Below are positions 1-12,560 of a stretch of 64,000 nt of DNA, piece by piece. The stretch's first letter is position 1. Each line of letters starts with the position of its first letter. Made by a program: the position numbers and the translations under genes. This stretch comes from Camelus dromedarius (Eukaryota), in NCBI RefSeq assembly GCF_036321535.1, contig NC_087438.1, forward strand, positions 8,556,001-8,620,000. The letters are read 5' to 3'. The notes beneath the pieces were generated by a model that saw only the letters and a program-made list of their open reading frames with translations, had not been told where the DNA came from and did not search any database.

Positions 1-52
1 TGTAAGTTGGAACGACCTATAATAAGAGGTTCTGGCAAACAGACGCCCTAGG

Positions 53-221
53 CTCTTGCTACCTAAAGTGTGGTCTCTGGACCAGCTATGTCACTATTAC
101 CTGGGAGCTAATTAGAAATGCAGAATCTTGGGATCCGCTCCAGACATACATAATCAGACTTCGCAGATTGGAAAGATCCCCAGGTGATTTTGTATGCACA
201 TCAAACTTTGGGAGGCACCAC
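53..221. mobile_element. MER5A-like hAT-Charlie MITE
   Basis: aaagtgtggtc...ggaccagc...acctgggagct..ttagaaatgcagaatctt...ccaggtgatt..tatgcac..aaactttg matches the recalled MER5A consensus. Confidence 0.75.
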
Positions 222-419
222 CCCAGGCTCTTAACCAGGTCAGACAAGATGCAACTCCAGTCTAGCCTCAAGAAAACACACCTGCAATACAAAAGCACCT
301 GTAACCACATATTAATGAGCTATAAATCAGTTAGACCACGACAGAGGACAAGCTCAAACCTCTATAACTACCAGGATTATTCAAAGGCACCGGGGATATT
401 CAATTCTGAATGTGCACAA

Positions 420-739
420 TACACAGTACAATACACAGTATCGACTAGCTAATGGCATGTGAGTAGTTAGCACTTAAAATGAAGCTAGTCCAAATTAAGA
501 TGTTCTGTAAGCATAAAATACAACCTAACTACAAAGACTTGGTGAGAAAAGAATGTGAAATATCTCTGTAATAATTTCTATATTGAATATGTTAAAATAA
601 TACGTTGGATGTGTTGGGTTAATGCAAATGTATCACTAAAATTAATTTCAGCTATTTCTATTTGCATTTTTTAAAATGGCTTCCTAGAAATTTTAAACTC
701 CCTGTGTGGTTCCCATTTGATTTCTGCTGGACAGTGCTG
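420..739. mobile_element. MER33-like hAT-Charlie element
   Basis: gcacttaaaatgaagctagtccaaattaagatg...aaagactt...aagaatgtgaaatatctc...aaattaatttca...ctagaaattttaaa...ctggacagtgctg, colinear with recalled MER33. Confidence 0.8.
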
Positions 740-3067
740 CTTTACAGACAACCAGGACCAGGCATGGGAGTTCTTCTCAAACACGTGGAGCACCACTGTA
801 TGTAAGAAAGGTTAACCTGGCTCAGTCTGAACCAAGGATTAGAACCAGGACTTCATGTTGTGATACGATCCGGAGCAGGTAAAGAACCTTCCCTTATTTT
901 CCAAAAATGCCCGGGAGGTAATGTCATCATTCCCAGAGACTGATTACTGAATCTGAGAGTCAGGAAAAGGTTGCATTTCTTGTCTTACAAAATAACCTGA
1001 AAAGACAGCAATGAAAAAGAAACAAGAAAACCTAACTACCTATCAACAAACACTGCCTCTTGAGCAATTGCTAATACACACTCTCTTTTCCTCCAGAGAA
1101 GACTTACAGAAACTCGTTTTATTTTCTCCTTAGCGAAGGACCACTGGAGACAGAGGCAGGCTGGAGCATTATCAGAGGAACTGACATCCACGCTTGCAGG
1201 CCGACATTTTCCTGAAGATGCCACGGACCCTCGCTAAATGTCTTGGTGGATAAATTACACTTCATCTATTAGAACAAATATTGCTGTGCTGAGAGCGTCA
1301 AGCGTCCCAGCCAGCCTGCGTCACTACTGCAGGAGGAGAAAATAAATAAAGGAACACAGCCTCCCTGTTTCCATAAACCTGATCAACAATATGTGATGAA
1401 GACTGACAACAGTTTAGCAAGAAGTATCTACCTCACTGCTATGATGCTCAAGATAATGTCAAAAAAATAAAAAAATAACTCTCTGAGCTTGAGCCCGAGA
1501 CAAAGCTACACAATTCTGGCTCATATTTCAGATTTAAGTAATTCATCTTCTGGCTGCCTATTCAAAATGCTAAGTGACTATTTCTGGTCCCACGAGACTG
1601 ACTCTGACCCTGTCTGGATCAATGAAATCTCAAGAAGTAAATGTTTTCAAGGGCCACGTGTTTGGTTTTAACGGACCATGCTTTTAAAAAGAATATAAAG
1701 TATTATATTATTTGATCTGGTCCAGAGAATCTGAAGATTAGTTGGACCTATTTTTGAATTATCAAGTATCAGTAGCCCAAAGTAGTTCAAACACTGCTGT
1801 CTGATTCGGATTTAGATTCAAGGGAATTTGGTACGAGTCCTAGTTCTTATCCTGGTGAAATTACGAGAGTTTCATTCGCTTGGCGCTTGATGACAGCATT
1901 GGCGGCTGCCCTACCGTTTCTCCCAGCTCCACTCTCCACAGTCCATATTTCTGTGTAACGGAAGGAAAACACGGCTTCCTTTATAACCCCAGAAAACCCA
2001 TATTTATCCAAATAAAGCTTATGTGATCTTTAAGAATGAATAACCTTACAGAAATAATTTAATACATATTTCTAAGAAGGATGTATAATAGCTCCCCAAA
2101 GACTTTTTAAAATTTATAAAGCCAACTCTCTCGAATGCATTATGAATACTCCTAAGTAAGGGATGGAGAGACTAAAATACACACACACAGAGAGACACAA
2201 AAACATTCCTTGCCAGATTCTGAAGTCTAACGTTGCAACTCCTGAAGCAAATTAGGATATGTGTTCGCAGATTCCCGTAAAATGAAAGCCATCTCCCAGC
2301 TATAATTATTCCACAGATTCTGCAAATGGAGAAAGCTGTTAACAGCGTAAAGCAGCGTAGCCCAGAACGTCTATGTCACTCTGTTCTTAATTGCCGAGCT
2401 GCTGGATTCATGGAGCACCTGTTGTTTACTTTAACCTCCACTCTAATTTTAGAGATGCCAGGTTTACCCTGTCGCCAGCTTTTTGATGCATTGATGGTTT
2501 TTCAAAAATCTCAATACCTGAGTCCTTGTAATCACTATATTCAGCTGGAAGATCGCTCTTTTACTACTAAACCTCATGAATGCTGTAAGTCTGGCTAGTG
2601 TCTTTATCAAGCTTCATGGGAAGTGACTAAGATGAATCTGCACGTCACAGACTTGCTGTAAGTGAAGCGGGAAGGTGAAGGTCAGGGAATTATCCTGTAA
2701 CTGCCTGGGTGCCACTGTCCTCACGTACAGGGGCTGAAGTGTGGCCAGAACAGGGTCACCTAATGTGACACAGCACAGGACCTGACTGTCCAGTGGCTTG
2801 ATGACCAAGGACTAAGCAGGGAGCCACAGCTAGTTCCAAAGTGGAAAGCAGCTTTTTTTTTTTTTGTTCTTAACTTTAAGGGCGTGGAATAGCCAGGGAT
2901 ATCATGAGCACGACTGATTCGTCGGTTTCACAAAATCAGGACCTTAACATGTTAATTTTTGCTTAATAATTCTGAACTACTTTTCCCTAGCACAGTGCCA
3001 CCATTTAGTAAGAACATAATAAACATGTGTTCAGTGAATAAATCAATCTCATCCACTATATGGTACC

Positions 3068-3762
3068 TGTTAGAGATTGAATTGTCTCCCCAGAAAATCA
3101 CTTCTTTTTGTTTGTTTTTTCTGTGTGTTTTTTACTGAAGTACCATCAGTTACAATGTGTCAATTTCTTGTGTACAGCACAACGTCCCAGTCATGCACAT
3201 GCATACACATATTCCTCCTCATGTTTTTTTCATTAAACGTTATTACAAGATATTGACCATAGTTCCCAGTGCTATACAGCAGAAACTTGTTTTTTTAGTC
3301 TATTTTTATATATAGTGGCTAACATCTGTAAATCTCAAATGAAATCCACTTGTTGAGTCCTAACCCTTAGTGCCTCAAAATGTGACCTTATTTGAAAATA
3401 CAGTTGTTGCAAGATGTAATTAATCAAGATGAGATCACCCTGGAGTAGGGTGAGCCTCTAATCCAATGTGACTGGTGTCCTTTGCAAAGGAGCACCATTT
3501 GAAGAGGTGGCAAACACACAGGGAGAACACCAAGTGAAGATGAAGACAGAGATTGGGGTGACACAGTAGAAGCCAAGGAATGCCAAGGTTGCCAGGAACC
3601 ACTGGTAAATAGGAGAGATGCAGGACAGATTCTCCCGTGAAGCCCTGAGCAGGATACCCTCGATCATGGACTTCTGTTTCCAAAAGTCTGGGATAATAAA
3701 TTTCTATTATTTAAGCTACCTGGTGTGCAGTAGTTTCTTACAACAGCCCTAGAAAACTAATA
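3068..3762 (+). mobile_element. MLT1B-like MaLR LTR interrupted by an L1 3' fragment
   Basis: Start tgttagagattgaattgtctcccca; body tgtgaccttatttgaaaata...ctaatccaatgtgactggtgtcc...aagccaaggaatgccaagg; end aataaatttct..tttaagc...cagccctagaaaactaata. Confidence 0.8.
3104..3340 (-). mobile_element. L1 3'UTR fragment (artiodactyl-type)
   Basis: T-rich tail then actgaagta...gttacaatgtgtcaatttct.gtgtacagca...atagttcccagtgctatacagcagaaacttgtt; flanked by near-TSD aaatc(c)actt. Confidence 0.8.
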
Positions 3763-4126
3763 TGGTAAGTAAGACAAACTATGACTTGATATTTATAAAC
3801 AAAAGTGGAAAGTTTAAATCTGAGTAAAATCAATAGTATATAAAAGCTAAGAAAAAAAGATTTTCAAGGGGGTGTTTATCACTATGTTTAATGTTTAGAT
3901 CCCTTAAAATTGCACCTGGTCTACAAAAGCATAAACAGAAAAACTAAATGCAATCAGAGCATCTTAAAAATAAGCCCTTTGAAAAAAGAGACTTTGATTT
4001 TATACACTGATTCACCCCTAGTACCTAAAATACAGTGTAGCACAGTATGGCCATAAACCACCATGGTTTGTTGAAAGAATGAATGAATGGCCAACAGAGA
4101 GATGTGTAATTCAAAATGCAGGAGCA

Positions 4127-4291
4127 TGGGGGAGGGTATAGCTCAGTGGTAGAGTGTGTGCCTATCATGCACAAGGTCCTGGTTTCAATCCCCAGTACCT
4201 CCATTAAAAGGTAAATAAATAAATAACCTAATTACTATTCCCCCCAAAAAAATTTTTTTAAAAAGCAAATGCTTAAATAAGGCTAACTTAA
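4127..4291 (+). mobile_element. tRNA-Ala-derived SINE (Vic-1-like, camelid)
   Basis: ggggagggtatagctcagtggtagag...caaggtcctggtttcaatccccagtacctcca with Pol III A/B boxes, taaa-repeat tail; 15-bp TSD caaaatgca(g/a)gagca at 4112-4126 and 4292-4306. Confidence 0.85.
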
Positions 4292-4805
4292 CAAAATGCA
4301 AGAGCAAACTGGTGAACATGCTTAATCAAACATTAAAAACTAAAAATTCAAAACAGGAATAGGCTATATAAAAAGTGTTTATCATTTCTACCAGAAGAAT
4401 TTTGCTGTGTTTTAAAATCAAGTGTCTGTCAGTCATTGAGAAAGAAATCCCAGTGGAAAAATTAGAAATATGCCATATGTCGTCAGCCTGAAGAAAACAC
4501 AAGTACAGTGACATTTTCCACATTTCAAAGAACTATTTATCAAATGTTTGCCTCTTGCTGTGCAGATGGCAAAGTCGCTGTGGTTTGAAAGGGTGATTAG
4601 AAATAAACAATCTGGAAATAGATTCTGAAAATTTTAATGAATAGTGTATATGTATGTGGCAATGTATACACAGACACGTCCCTTAATGAATTACTTGTGG
4701 ATTACACTGTCAAGTAGTAGATTAAAAAAATCTTTCCACCACAGTAGTGATTATGCAAAAAGCTGGCCATTGTTTAGAATTCTGTAAAAAAAAAAAGTGA
4801 GTTAA

Positions 4806-5016
4806 TGCTAACAGATACACATTACTATATATAAAACAGATAAACAACAAGGACCTACTGTATAGCACAGGGAACTATATTCAATTTCTTGTAATAACAT
4901 ATAATGGAAAAGAATCTAAAAACCAAAGTACATATTTGTCTAACTGAATCACTTTGCTATGCGCCTGAAACTAACATTGAAAATCATCTACACTTCAATA
5001 AAAAATATTTTTTTTA
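4806..5016 (+). mobile_element. 5'-truncated L1 3' end
   Basis: aacagatacacattactatatataaaacagataaacaacaaggacctactgtatagcacagggaactatattcaa...aataaa; TSD aaaagtgagttaa on both sides (ending 4805 and 5029). Confidence 0.85.
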
Positions 5017-6289
5017 AAAAGTGAGTTAAGGCCAACAACAATTAAAAAAAAAAAAACTGCTGTAATTATTCCTCACTTACTCCAGGCCACCCTGCTGACT
5101 GAAAAGTAAATAAAAACAAAAACATGGCAAAAAAAAGTGAGTCAGTGCTTATGTTTACTGTATTTTAAGATATCAATGAGAATCAAGATTATCACAGTGA
5201 TGAAAACTTTTCCTTGCTTCTACACAGAACTTCCACAGATTTCACCCTGTGCAAGGCAAAATTTTGCCTTCTGTTCCTTCTACTTGAACAGTAAACTATT
5301 TACCAAATTGCTTCCTAATGTTCAAACACTGTTAGGTTCTGCAGGAGAGAAAAAAACCTAACCTGGTCTGAAATGGTATGTCTTCCAAGAAAAAAAAAAA
5401 AGAGCATCCAGTTTTCTAGTACATTTTTGAAAAGTCACCTAAGAACAGACATACCAATCAATATGCAACGAGGTTCTTAAATTGACAGCAATTACACACA
5501 GACATTTTAAAGTGATAAAATAAATAAAAATTATAAAATAAATAAAATTCAAATTAACAGCATTAATATAGACTGTGTGATGATCTTGGTTAGAAAAACA
5601 AATGAACTTGGAAGTGACTGGTGGGGTGTGACACTTTCTGAGTTTTCTGTGCCACAGGATGACTCCATCTCCCTCCAACTTTGTTTACCGATGGCCAAAC
5701 TGACCTCCTACAGACAGGACAGCCTTCACCCGGCAGAAACTCTCTGAGGACTTGCTAAGCTCATCCTCATTCCTTCCTAGAATGAATGTAACTGCAGCAG
5801 TGATTACAAACCCTGATACAGACAGAGGGCGTGAATTCCTGCTTGGCCCCCTTCTACCTGGGCCCCCCCCCCCACTCCACCAGCACGGCTTCTGCTGATG
5901 ACACGGGTCAGCACCATGCCGCTAAACCCACTGTGCACACGTTAACCCGCTCCATGTCCCACCGGCAGCAAAAGATGCCCCTAAAATGCTCAATTTGAAA
6001 CTCTCAGCTTCAAGGGCACACCCCACCCCATCCTACTGGTTTCCCTCCCCTTCCTGTCTGGTCTTACTGTCTTATTCTTTGTGAGCTTATCCTTCCCCAC
6101 CTGATCCTTGAGCACTGAACCACCTCAGTCCTATTGCCTGCATGCTCCATGCTCTCTGCTCAGCCATCTCTTCTACACCCAAAGCTGCTACTGTGAACAG
6201 CTTCCACATCTGTGTCTCTACTGTAGAGGTTCCGGGCGCTGTGAGGGACCTCTGGTACACGCAGTGGGCCTGTCGTGTGACTGAATCCT

Positions 6290-6685
6290 GAACCAAGTCT
6301 GCTCGCTCAGAATATTTCATCCTCTTGGCCAGGATTGCTCCCAGGAGACCTGAGCTGAACCGAGCAGCTCGATTCTTACAGAGTCTTCAGCAACCACTAG
6401 GAAGAAGCGCACACTCTTCCTGGAGTGCTCACCTGCCAGAGCGTGAAGTTGGGACCCCCCACTGGCATACTGACCCTACGTGTGAAGAGCCTGCTGGAGA
6501 CAATAAAGGAGAGAGCAGAATTAAGCGGTGGACAGAGAGAGACGTGTCATGAGCAGCAGAGTGCCTGGATGAGTCAAAACCGTAGCATTCTTACTTGTGA
6601 GAGTCAATAAACCCCATCAATTCCCCCATTAAGCCAATTTAAGTCGGCTTGCTGTGATTTGCAAAGGGAGTCCCAACTAATCAGA
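6290..6685 (+). mobile_element. Old MaLR LTR (MLT1J/K-like) fragment
   Basis: Characteristic 3' end aataaacc..ttccccc.ttaagccaatttaagtcggctt.ctgtgatttgcaa...gtcccaactaat. Confidence 0.5.
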
Positions 6686-7871
6686 AACCTGCTTCCAGTC
6701 GTCAGGGATGCCTAGAAACAGACCTGGGTGATCTGCGGGGACAGTGTATGTATTGAGGATGCTTTGCCTTTGACTAGAAAGGAAGGTACTCACTCTTTGT
6801 AGCAAGACAGCTATCAAACTCCTGTCTGTGTGCTTCAGACCTCGGGCTGGCGGTTCAGATGACTTGGTCAGGTAGGGCAGCGGGGCAGGGGGTGCCAGAT
6901 GCTTCTTGTAGCCTTTAGTAAAGTCCTTCAAGGAAGAGGCAATAATATGTCCAGACTGGTGCATCAGGAAATAGAGAAGAAAATAAACTATGACCCCAGG
7001 ACCACTTTCCATCCATGGCCAGCAACCCAGGATGGCCAAGGCAGAAAACCAAGACCCTGCGGGGTTGGAACAGCCAAACTAGACTGTCACGTCTCTCTCT
7101 CCAGAAGTCTGGTGATAAGATATAAGCTATAAAATACACCGAGCTGCTCAGGGGGAGGATACAGGTACAAAGATTAGCTAAGAATTTTCACTCACATTCT
7201 ACATTCAAAGACAAGAGATCATTAACACGGAGAATGTTTCACTTCACTTTGCCGAAAACTCCAAGGAAATGAGAAACATAAAGTGGAAAATGTAGGCTTC
7301 AATTTTATGTCAAATTAAAAATGATGAACATATTTTGTTTTGTAAAGACAAACATATTTCCTAGATATGAAATTCTAAGGTAGTAGATTGGCAGTAAGAC
7401 AGCTACTGACAATCAGCTTCTCATTCATGCAGAAAGCACAGTTTCACCTGCATTATTTCTACCAAATATCCAACTCTATGAACTTTATGAATACTAGTGT
7501 TATCCCACTGTACATTTTAAGTAATTAAATTGACAGAAGAAATGGGGCTGGGGAATGAGAAAGGAGGCCAACATTATTAATGTAAAAATGTAATTTTTTT
7601 CTAAAAATAATGGTAGTTCTTTTGTTCAAATCTGTTCTGCTACTGAGCACTGATGAAGAACAGCACGTGGGTACAAATCTAAGATTACAGTATTTCACTC
7701 ATACATTTGCCTCGCATTTCAGAAGAATAAAAGTTTCTCTTTGAAAGGTATAATCCTTTGTACTATCCGAGATAGATTTTCTTAAAAATAGTTGAAAGAT
7801 ACTGCTTATTTATAAAGTAAATAAATACCTCAAGCTTCCCTGTTTACATGAAGTAAACAGTCTGAAGACAG

Positions 7872-8002
7872 ATGGGGAAGAGGGTCCAGCCTGACCCGGC
7901 TGGCACTCTTACCTTGGACTTCCAGCCTCCAGAACTGAGAGAAATCAATTTGTTTACCCAGTCGGTGGTGTTCTGTCAGAGCAGACCAAGTGGTCTAAGA
8001 CA
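7872..8002 (+). mobile_element. MLT1A-like LTR 3' fragment
   Basis: ccttggacttccagcctccagaactgagagaaatcaatttgttt...gcagacc...ctaagaca. Confidence 0.7.
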
Positions 8003-10179
8003 GCGACATCAAGTCTCACCTAAATTTTCAAGCTGCAAACTTGCTCACATGAGCCAATGCCTTAAATTAAATCTCTCCATAGAGACAGATAGACATGTAT
8101 CTCTAGAGATAGACAGACAGATAAAGCTCTCTAGAGATGTGTAAATATATATGTTTCTATAGATAGATGTGTATAAACAGAATCCTCACGAATACAGTTC
8201 CCAATGAAAATGAAATCTTCAAGGATAAACTGTAACAGATTATCTGTACACATGGCTCATCATGGAGTTGATTCCTTTTATTAGAATGACACTTAAATGT
8301 CATCAAAAAGATCTTGGCCTAAACTCTACCTTTCTGGAGAAGAAAAGTCTTTACTCTGCATATTTGAAAGAGCTGGTCCTCTGTTTTCTCAGCTGTAGTT
8401 CTTCCTCAAGGGAATTTCCTGAGTCTGCTCTGGAGCCTGATGGTAGCTGGTCCCATCCGTCCACAGTCAGCAGGAGCAGCTGGCTCTCTGCCGCCTTGTT
8501 CATCAACACAGAGCCTGTTGTGTGATCCTACTGTTAAAGTCATTCAACAGAGTCTAACCAGGACATCTTCACATGACTGAATTCCTCCTGCAGTTCTGAA
8601 TCAACCTGCCAGAGTGTGTGTATCTCTGGGAGTTCGCTTGGCCTCTGTGTTGCTGCCAGCTCTCCATTTTGGCAATGAACAATTCCATTTGTGATTTTGG
8701 TAAACACAGTATGTTTCAGACGGTGCTGATGGTAAAAGTAATCTCAAAAAAAAAAGAAAAAAATCGAAGTCTCAATATCCAAAAACCTAGCCAGAACAAG
8801 CTATTTATACTTTTTGTCAGTGGTAGATAAATTGGTTAGGTCGGAGGGCAGTTGAATGCAGTGTTTGCTTTCCAGAAAAGGTAAGTAAAAGCTTCTGAGT
8901 ATGATTTTCTAGTCAGACAGTCATGGTACATTTTCTCCTTCTACCTCAAGTCAGCCACAAACTTCTCCCTCTCCATCTCCATCTTTTCCCCCTCCACACA
9001 TTGAGAATTAGCTTACAGATCTTTGCCTTGCTCCCTCCCTCACTGTGTCCAGTGTTATTCATTGTCTGTTCTTCCTTTCCTCTAACCTTTTCCTTCATTA
9101 GCTTTCAGTTATTAACTTCACATTTTTCAGTGCCCACCGTGGGCAACGAACGGTCCTGTGCCCAGCCCCAAGAACATCGCCCAGCAACTAACCTCAAAAT
9201 GCTCCCTGCAAAGCCATTTGTTATAATCAAAGGTGGTATTTAAAAGCCTAAAAGCAGTTAAAGAGAAAAGGACATTTCTTCAAATTAGAAAAAAAATAAT
9301 AATGGTGTCCCTGTTCAATAGTGACAGATAAAAGTTGATCTGTACAACTCTAAACCATTATTTTCTTCCCTCGACAGTAGCGATGGTCTAATGGCTAAAC
9401 AGATAATAACAAGAATCAATAGAAAACTGAGGGAGATATTGTTAGGAAACTCGCTTGAGTAAACATGGGGCACCTCCGTGTGTAGCGCATCACACCAAGG
9501 AAACCGCTGACGGCCCCCTTTTCTGAACAGAGACCGTGGCAATTTCACGAGTCAGAGAAACTAACATTAGATGCTCCACGCACCACCGAGGTGACCCAGA
9601 TAGTTCCAAGTTAAACATACATATCTAGTGAGAAGATACGACACTTAAATTTTTAAACCTCAAAACTTGTATTTAAATGGGGTTTGCCAACAGTCTTTCC
9701 TAGATCTTGGAATTCCACTGACCCTTTGGAAATGGCTTCTGGTATACATCTGAAGCTGAAGCAGGTGACAAAAGTAATGGAAGGCTACAAACCTGTATCT
9801 GAATTACCTGTTCACAGAAGCCCCAACTGCTATTCATCAGGAAGAAACAGGGGGGCTGGAGATGAACAAGAGGAAACTGATTTGATAATGTGTCTGCCCT
9901 TGTGCACTTTCACAGCTGAAAATCCCACCCTGCTCCCGTGATCTTTCTGTTACTTTCTTCTTTTCTTTCTCTGTTTCTTGTCTGTTTCTCTATATCTATC
10001 TTTCAATGTCTTTTGTGTTCTTTGTGAATCTCCCCCCAGATAATCAAATCACACTCCAATCTGGGAACCCGATTCAAGGCATCTCCAAATTGGAAACTGA
10101 GAAAACAAGCTTCTGAGGAGCATCCACCTGCGCCCGCACCTCCGCTCCGTCTCCCGTTCTATGGGAAACACCACATTCA

Positions 10180-10600
10180 GCTTTGCTCGCATCACTCCAT
10201 CAAAACCACCTTGGCCAGGGGCCCCAGTGACCATCCCTTTGCTAAGCTCACAGTCAATGCTCATGCCTGCTTTCTTTCATCTGCCAACAGTGTCTTCAGC
10301 TTTCATCACAACTAAGGTCTTGACTGATCTTGTTCAGGGACATCAGACTCCACTGGCTCTCCTCCCACCTCACTGGCCACTGCCTGTCACCCTTCTGCTG
10401 TTCCCTCCTCTCCCTGACCTCCCAATAGCACCTGCCCCCGGGCTCGCCGGTCCTACGTCCTCTTCTCCATTTACACCCACTTCTGGGGGGAATCTTATCC
10501 AGTCTGGTGGCTTGAAATATCATGTACATGTCGGTTATCACCATCTCCAGCCTGGATCCCTTGAAGAATGTCTTCAACTTCCCAGAGACTCAGTTCCTTC
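10180..10600 (+). mobile_element. L2 LINE ORF2 (RT-region) remnant
   Basis: cctcttctccatttacacccac...atcttatccagtctggtggcttgaaatatcatgtacatg; translation LIQSGGLKYHVHVG echoes the L2 RT motif LIxSHGFKYHLYADD. Confidence 0.75.
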
Positions 10601-11039
10601 TTTGTCAAATCAGGATAATGTTTCACAGTTTGTTTGTTTGTTTGTTTTAATGTTTAAGACCAAATACAATGATGCATGTAAAACACAATAAATTCAAAAG
10701 TGCAAGATCACACGATAAGAAGACCCACTATTCCCTCTGCACTGGGCCGTTTGCCGTGTGCGGTCATTTTCCATAAACCACGTGATAAAAATGCACTGTG
10801 ATTGTAATGTGCAGCTGCACTCACAAACCAAATGAATCTGATTAAGACACAGTTCCTTAAAGAGTGATGGTTACTTGGGTTTTCCCATTCGAGCATAGAA
10901 ATCCTATGGTGCCCAGAAGGCAGCCTTAAACGAGGGATTAACTAGAGATGCCAAAAGGATCTGAGGAGAAGGCATCAAGCCCCAGGCTGAGACAAGGACA
11001 ACGGCATCGTGTTTCACCTGGAAAGAGGCCAGAGGTGCC

Positions 11040-11180
11040 CAGGCTCCAGAGCGAGACATCCTGGGTTCAACCCCTGGTTCACCTACCTTCACTGTGTACA
11101 CGGCCTTGGACCAATTGCCTGACCTGCCCTCATCTGAAAAATGGAGACAATCCCTTGGTTTATCGTGAGGATTAAATGAG
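11040..11180 (+). mobile_element. MIR SINE
   Basis: cctgggttcaacccctggtt...ctcatctgaaaaatggaga...gtgaggattaaatgag core. Confidence 0.75.
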
Positions 11181-11544
11181 CCACCACCCATGGAGCTCTG
11201 AGAAGACCTGTGCTCGACCAAGGAATTCTCCTGGGCAACCATGCGTGGGGAAACAAACAGAACAAAGTTCAATGTATGCATCCAACGAGGGAAAGCATTT
11301 TCCTGCCAATTAAGTAAAGGCCAGAGGAGAGGAGGTGGGGAAGCAGCTTCTCATCAGGAGGAGAAACAAAGAAAATCTAAAGCCAGGGGGTATGTTGAAA
11401 TATGCATGCAATATACATGACTTGACACTCTGCTGTTAAGATTATCCACAGAGTGAGCATTCTCTGACTCAGTAACTTCAGGACAGAGTGACAGCGGTTC
11501 CTGGTCACCCCGACCCTGAGGTCCTCTCAGGGAGGTTCTGGGAC

Positions 11545-11703
11545 AGCAGCATTCACATCAGCTGGCAGCCTGGAGGACGTGCACATTCTTGGGCCTCAGC
11601 CCAGATCTAATGAATCAGAAACTGTGGGTCTGGGACTCAGCAATCTGAGTTATAATGAGCCCCCAGATGATAGGGACATGCGCCAAAGTCTGACAGCCAC
11701 TGC
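11545..11703. mobile_element. MER5A-like MITE
   Basis: attcttgggcctcagcccagatctaatgaatcagaaactgtgggtctgggactcagcaatctg...aaagtctgacagccactg. Confidence 0.7.
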
Positions 11704-11959
11704 CCTAAGCCAGCAACTCCCAAAAGAGAAGAAAAGATACTGATGGAGGATCGAACTTGACTTTCCACTGCTTTATCTAGGCGACTAGTTTATAGTGCTT
11801 GGTTGCAAGCAAATGTCTTTAGAAAACACTGCGTGTAAGTAGTATTCATGGGAAAATTGCATGTGGCTTGGCAGCACACAAACTCTTCAACTCACCGATA
11901 TCCACCAGGCCAAAGCTACGTGTCACCCTGTAAACCAGGAAAGACGAGAAGAATAAAAT

Positions 11960-12560
11960 GTGGGCCTGTCCCCTGGGGGGTTATAACATTATGAGCTACA
12001 GATGCAAAAAGACTAACAAAAATACAAAAGCCAAAGAAGCTCCTGCTGTCTCAACTAAGAAGGGGCTGAAGAAGGTTCTGGAAGATTAAACATGCAAGGA
12101 ATGATGACAAGCACAGTTGGTCAGGCGTGGCAGGAGGGCAGAGGGAGCAAGGATGTTCTTGGAGAGGAGGCTGGGCATGCCGCTGGACATGGGACTTGAG
12201 TGTCATCCTGAGGGGTCTGGTCTTTAGTTTTTTCAGTACCAAGTTGTTGAAGGCTTTCAGGAAAGGCTGTGTTTCTCTATATCCATCAAACTCAGCTCAG
12301 GATGATAGTTTAGGAGCAATCTGAGGTGCAGAGAGGAAAGGGGCTGGACAGAGATTTGACGAATAGACTACTGTGAAGAAAAAGGGAAGAGATGAGGATG
12401 AAATGGAAGTAAAAACCACAAAGCACAGTTAGGACAGAGGATATGAGGGCGTCAGTGACTGGATCCACAGGGTGAATTACTGTGTGAGTCAAATATGGTC
12501 CCAGGTTTACTGACAATGTAGCTGAAACTGAGCTATGTATAAAGCATCTAAAATGTACAC
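11960..12560 (-). mobile_element. L2 LINE remnant
   Basis: Purine-rich diverged L2-type segments (ttgaaggctttcagga, gtgactgga, ccaggtttactgacaatgtagctgaaactgag). Confidence 0.5.

Noticed and set aside
990-1035. Strong minus-strand acceptor (long polypyrimidine tract + CAG at 999-997) followed by GT, suggesting a recursive splice site
   Set aside because: The reconstituted donor GTTATT is far from consensus and no plausible exon follows; such acceptors occur by chance in a 50-kb intron.
4127-4203. tRNA-Ala-like sequences (also 39147-39221 and 48592-48668)
   Set aside because: They have mutated stems, AT-rich tails and TSDs, so they are SINE copies, not tRNA genes.
8864-8886. Plus-strand acceptor-AAAAG-GTAAGT micro-exon-like pattern
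   Set aside because: Wrong strand for CTNND2 and no evidence of an antisense transcript.
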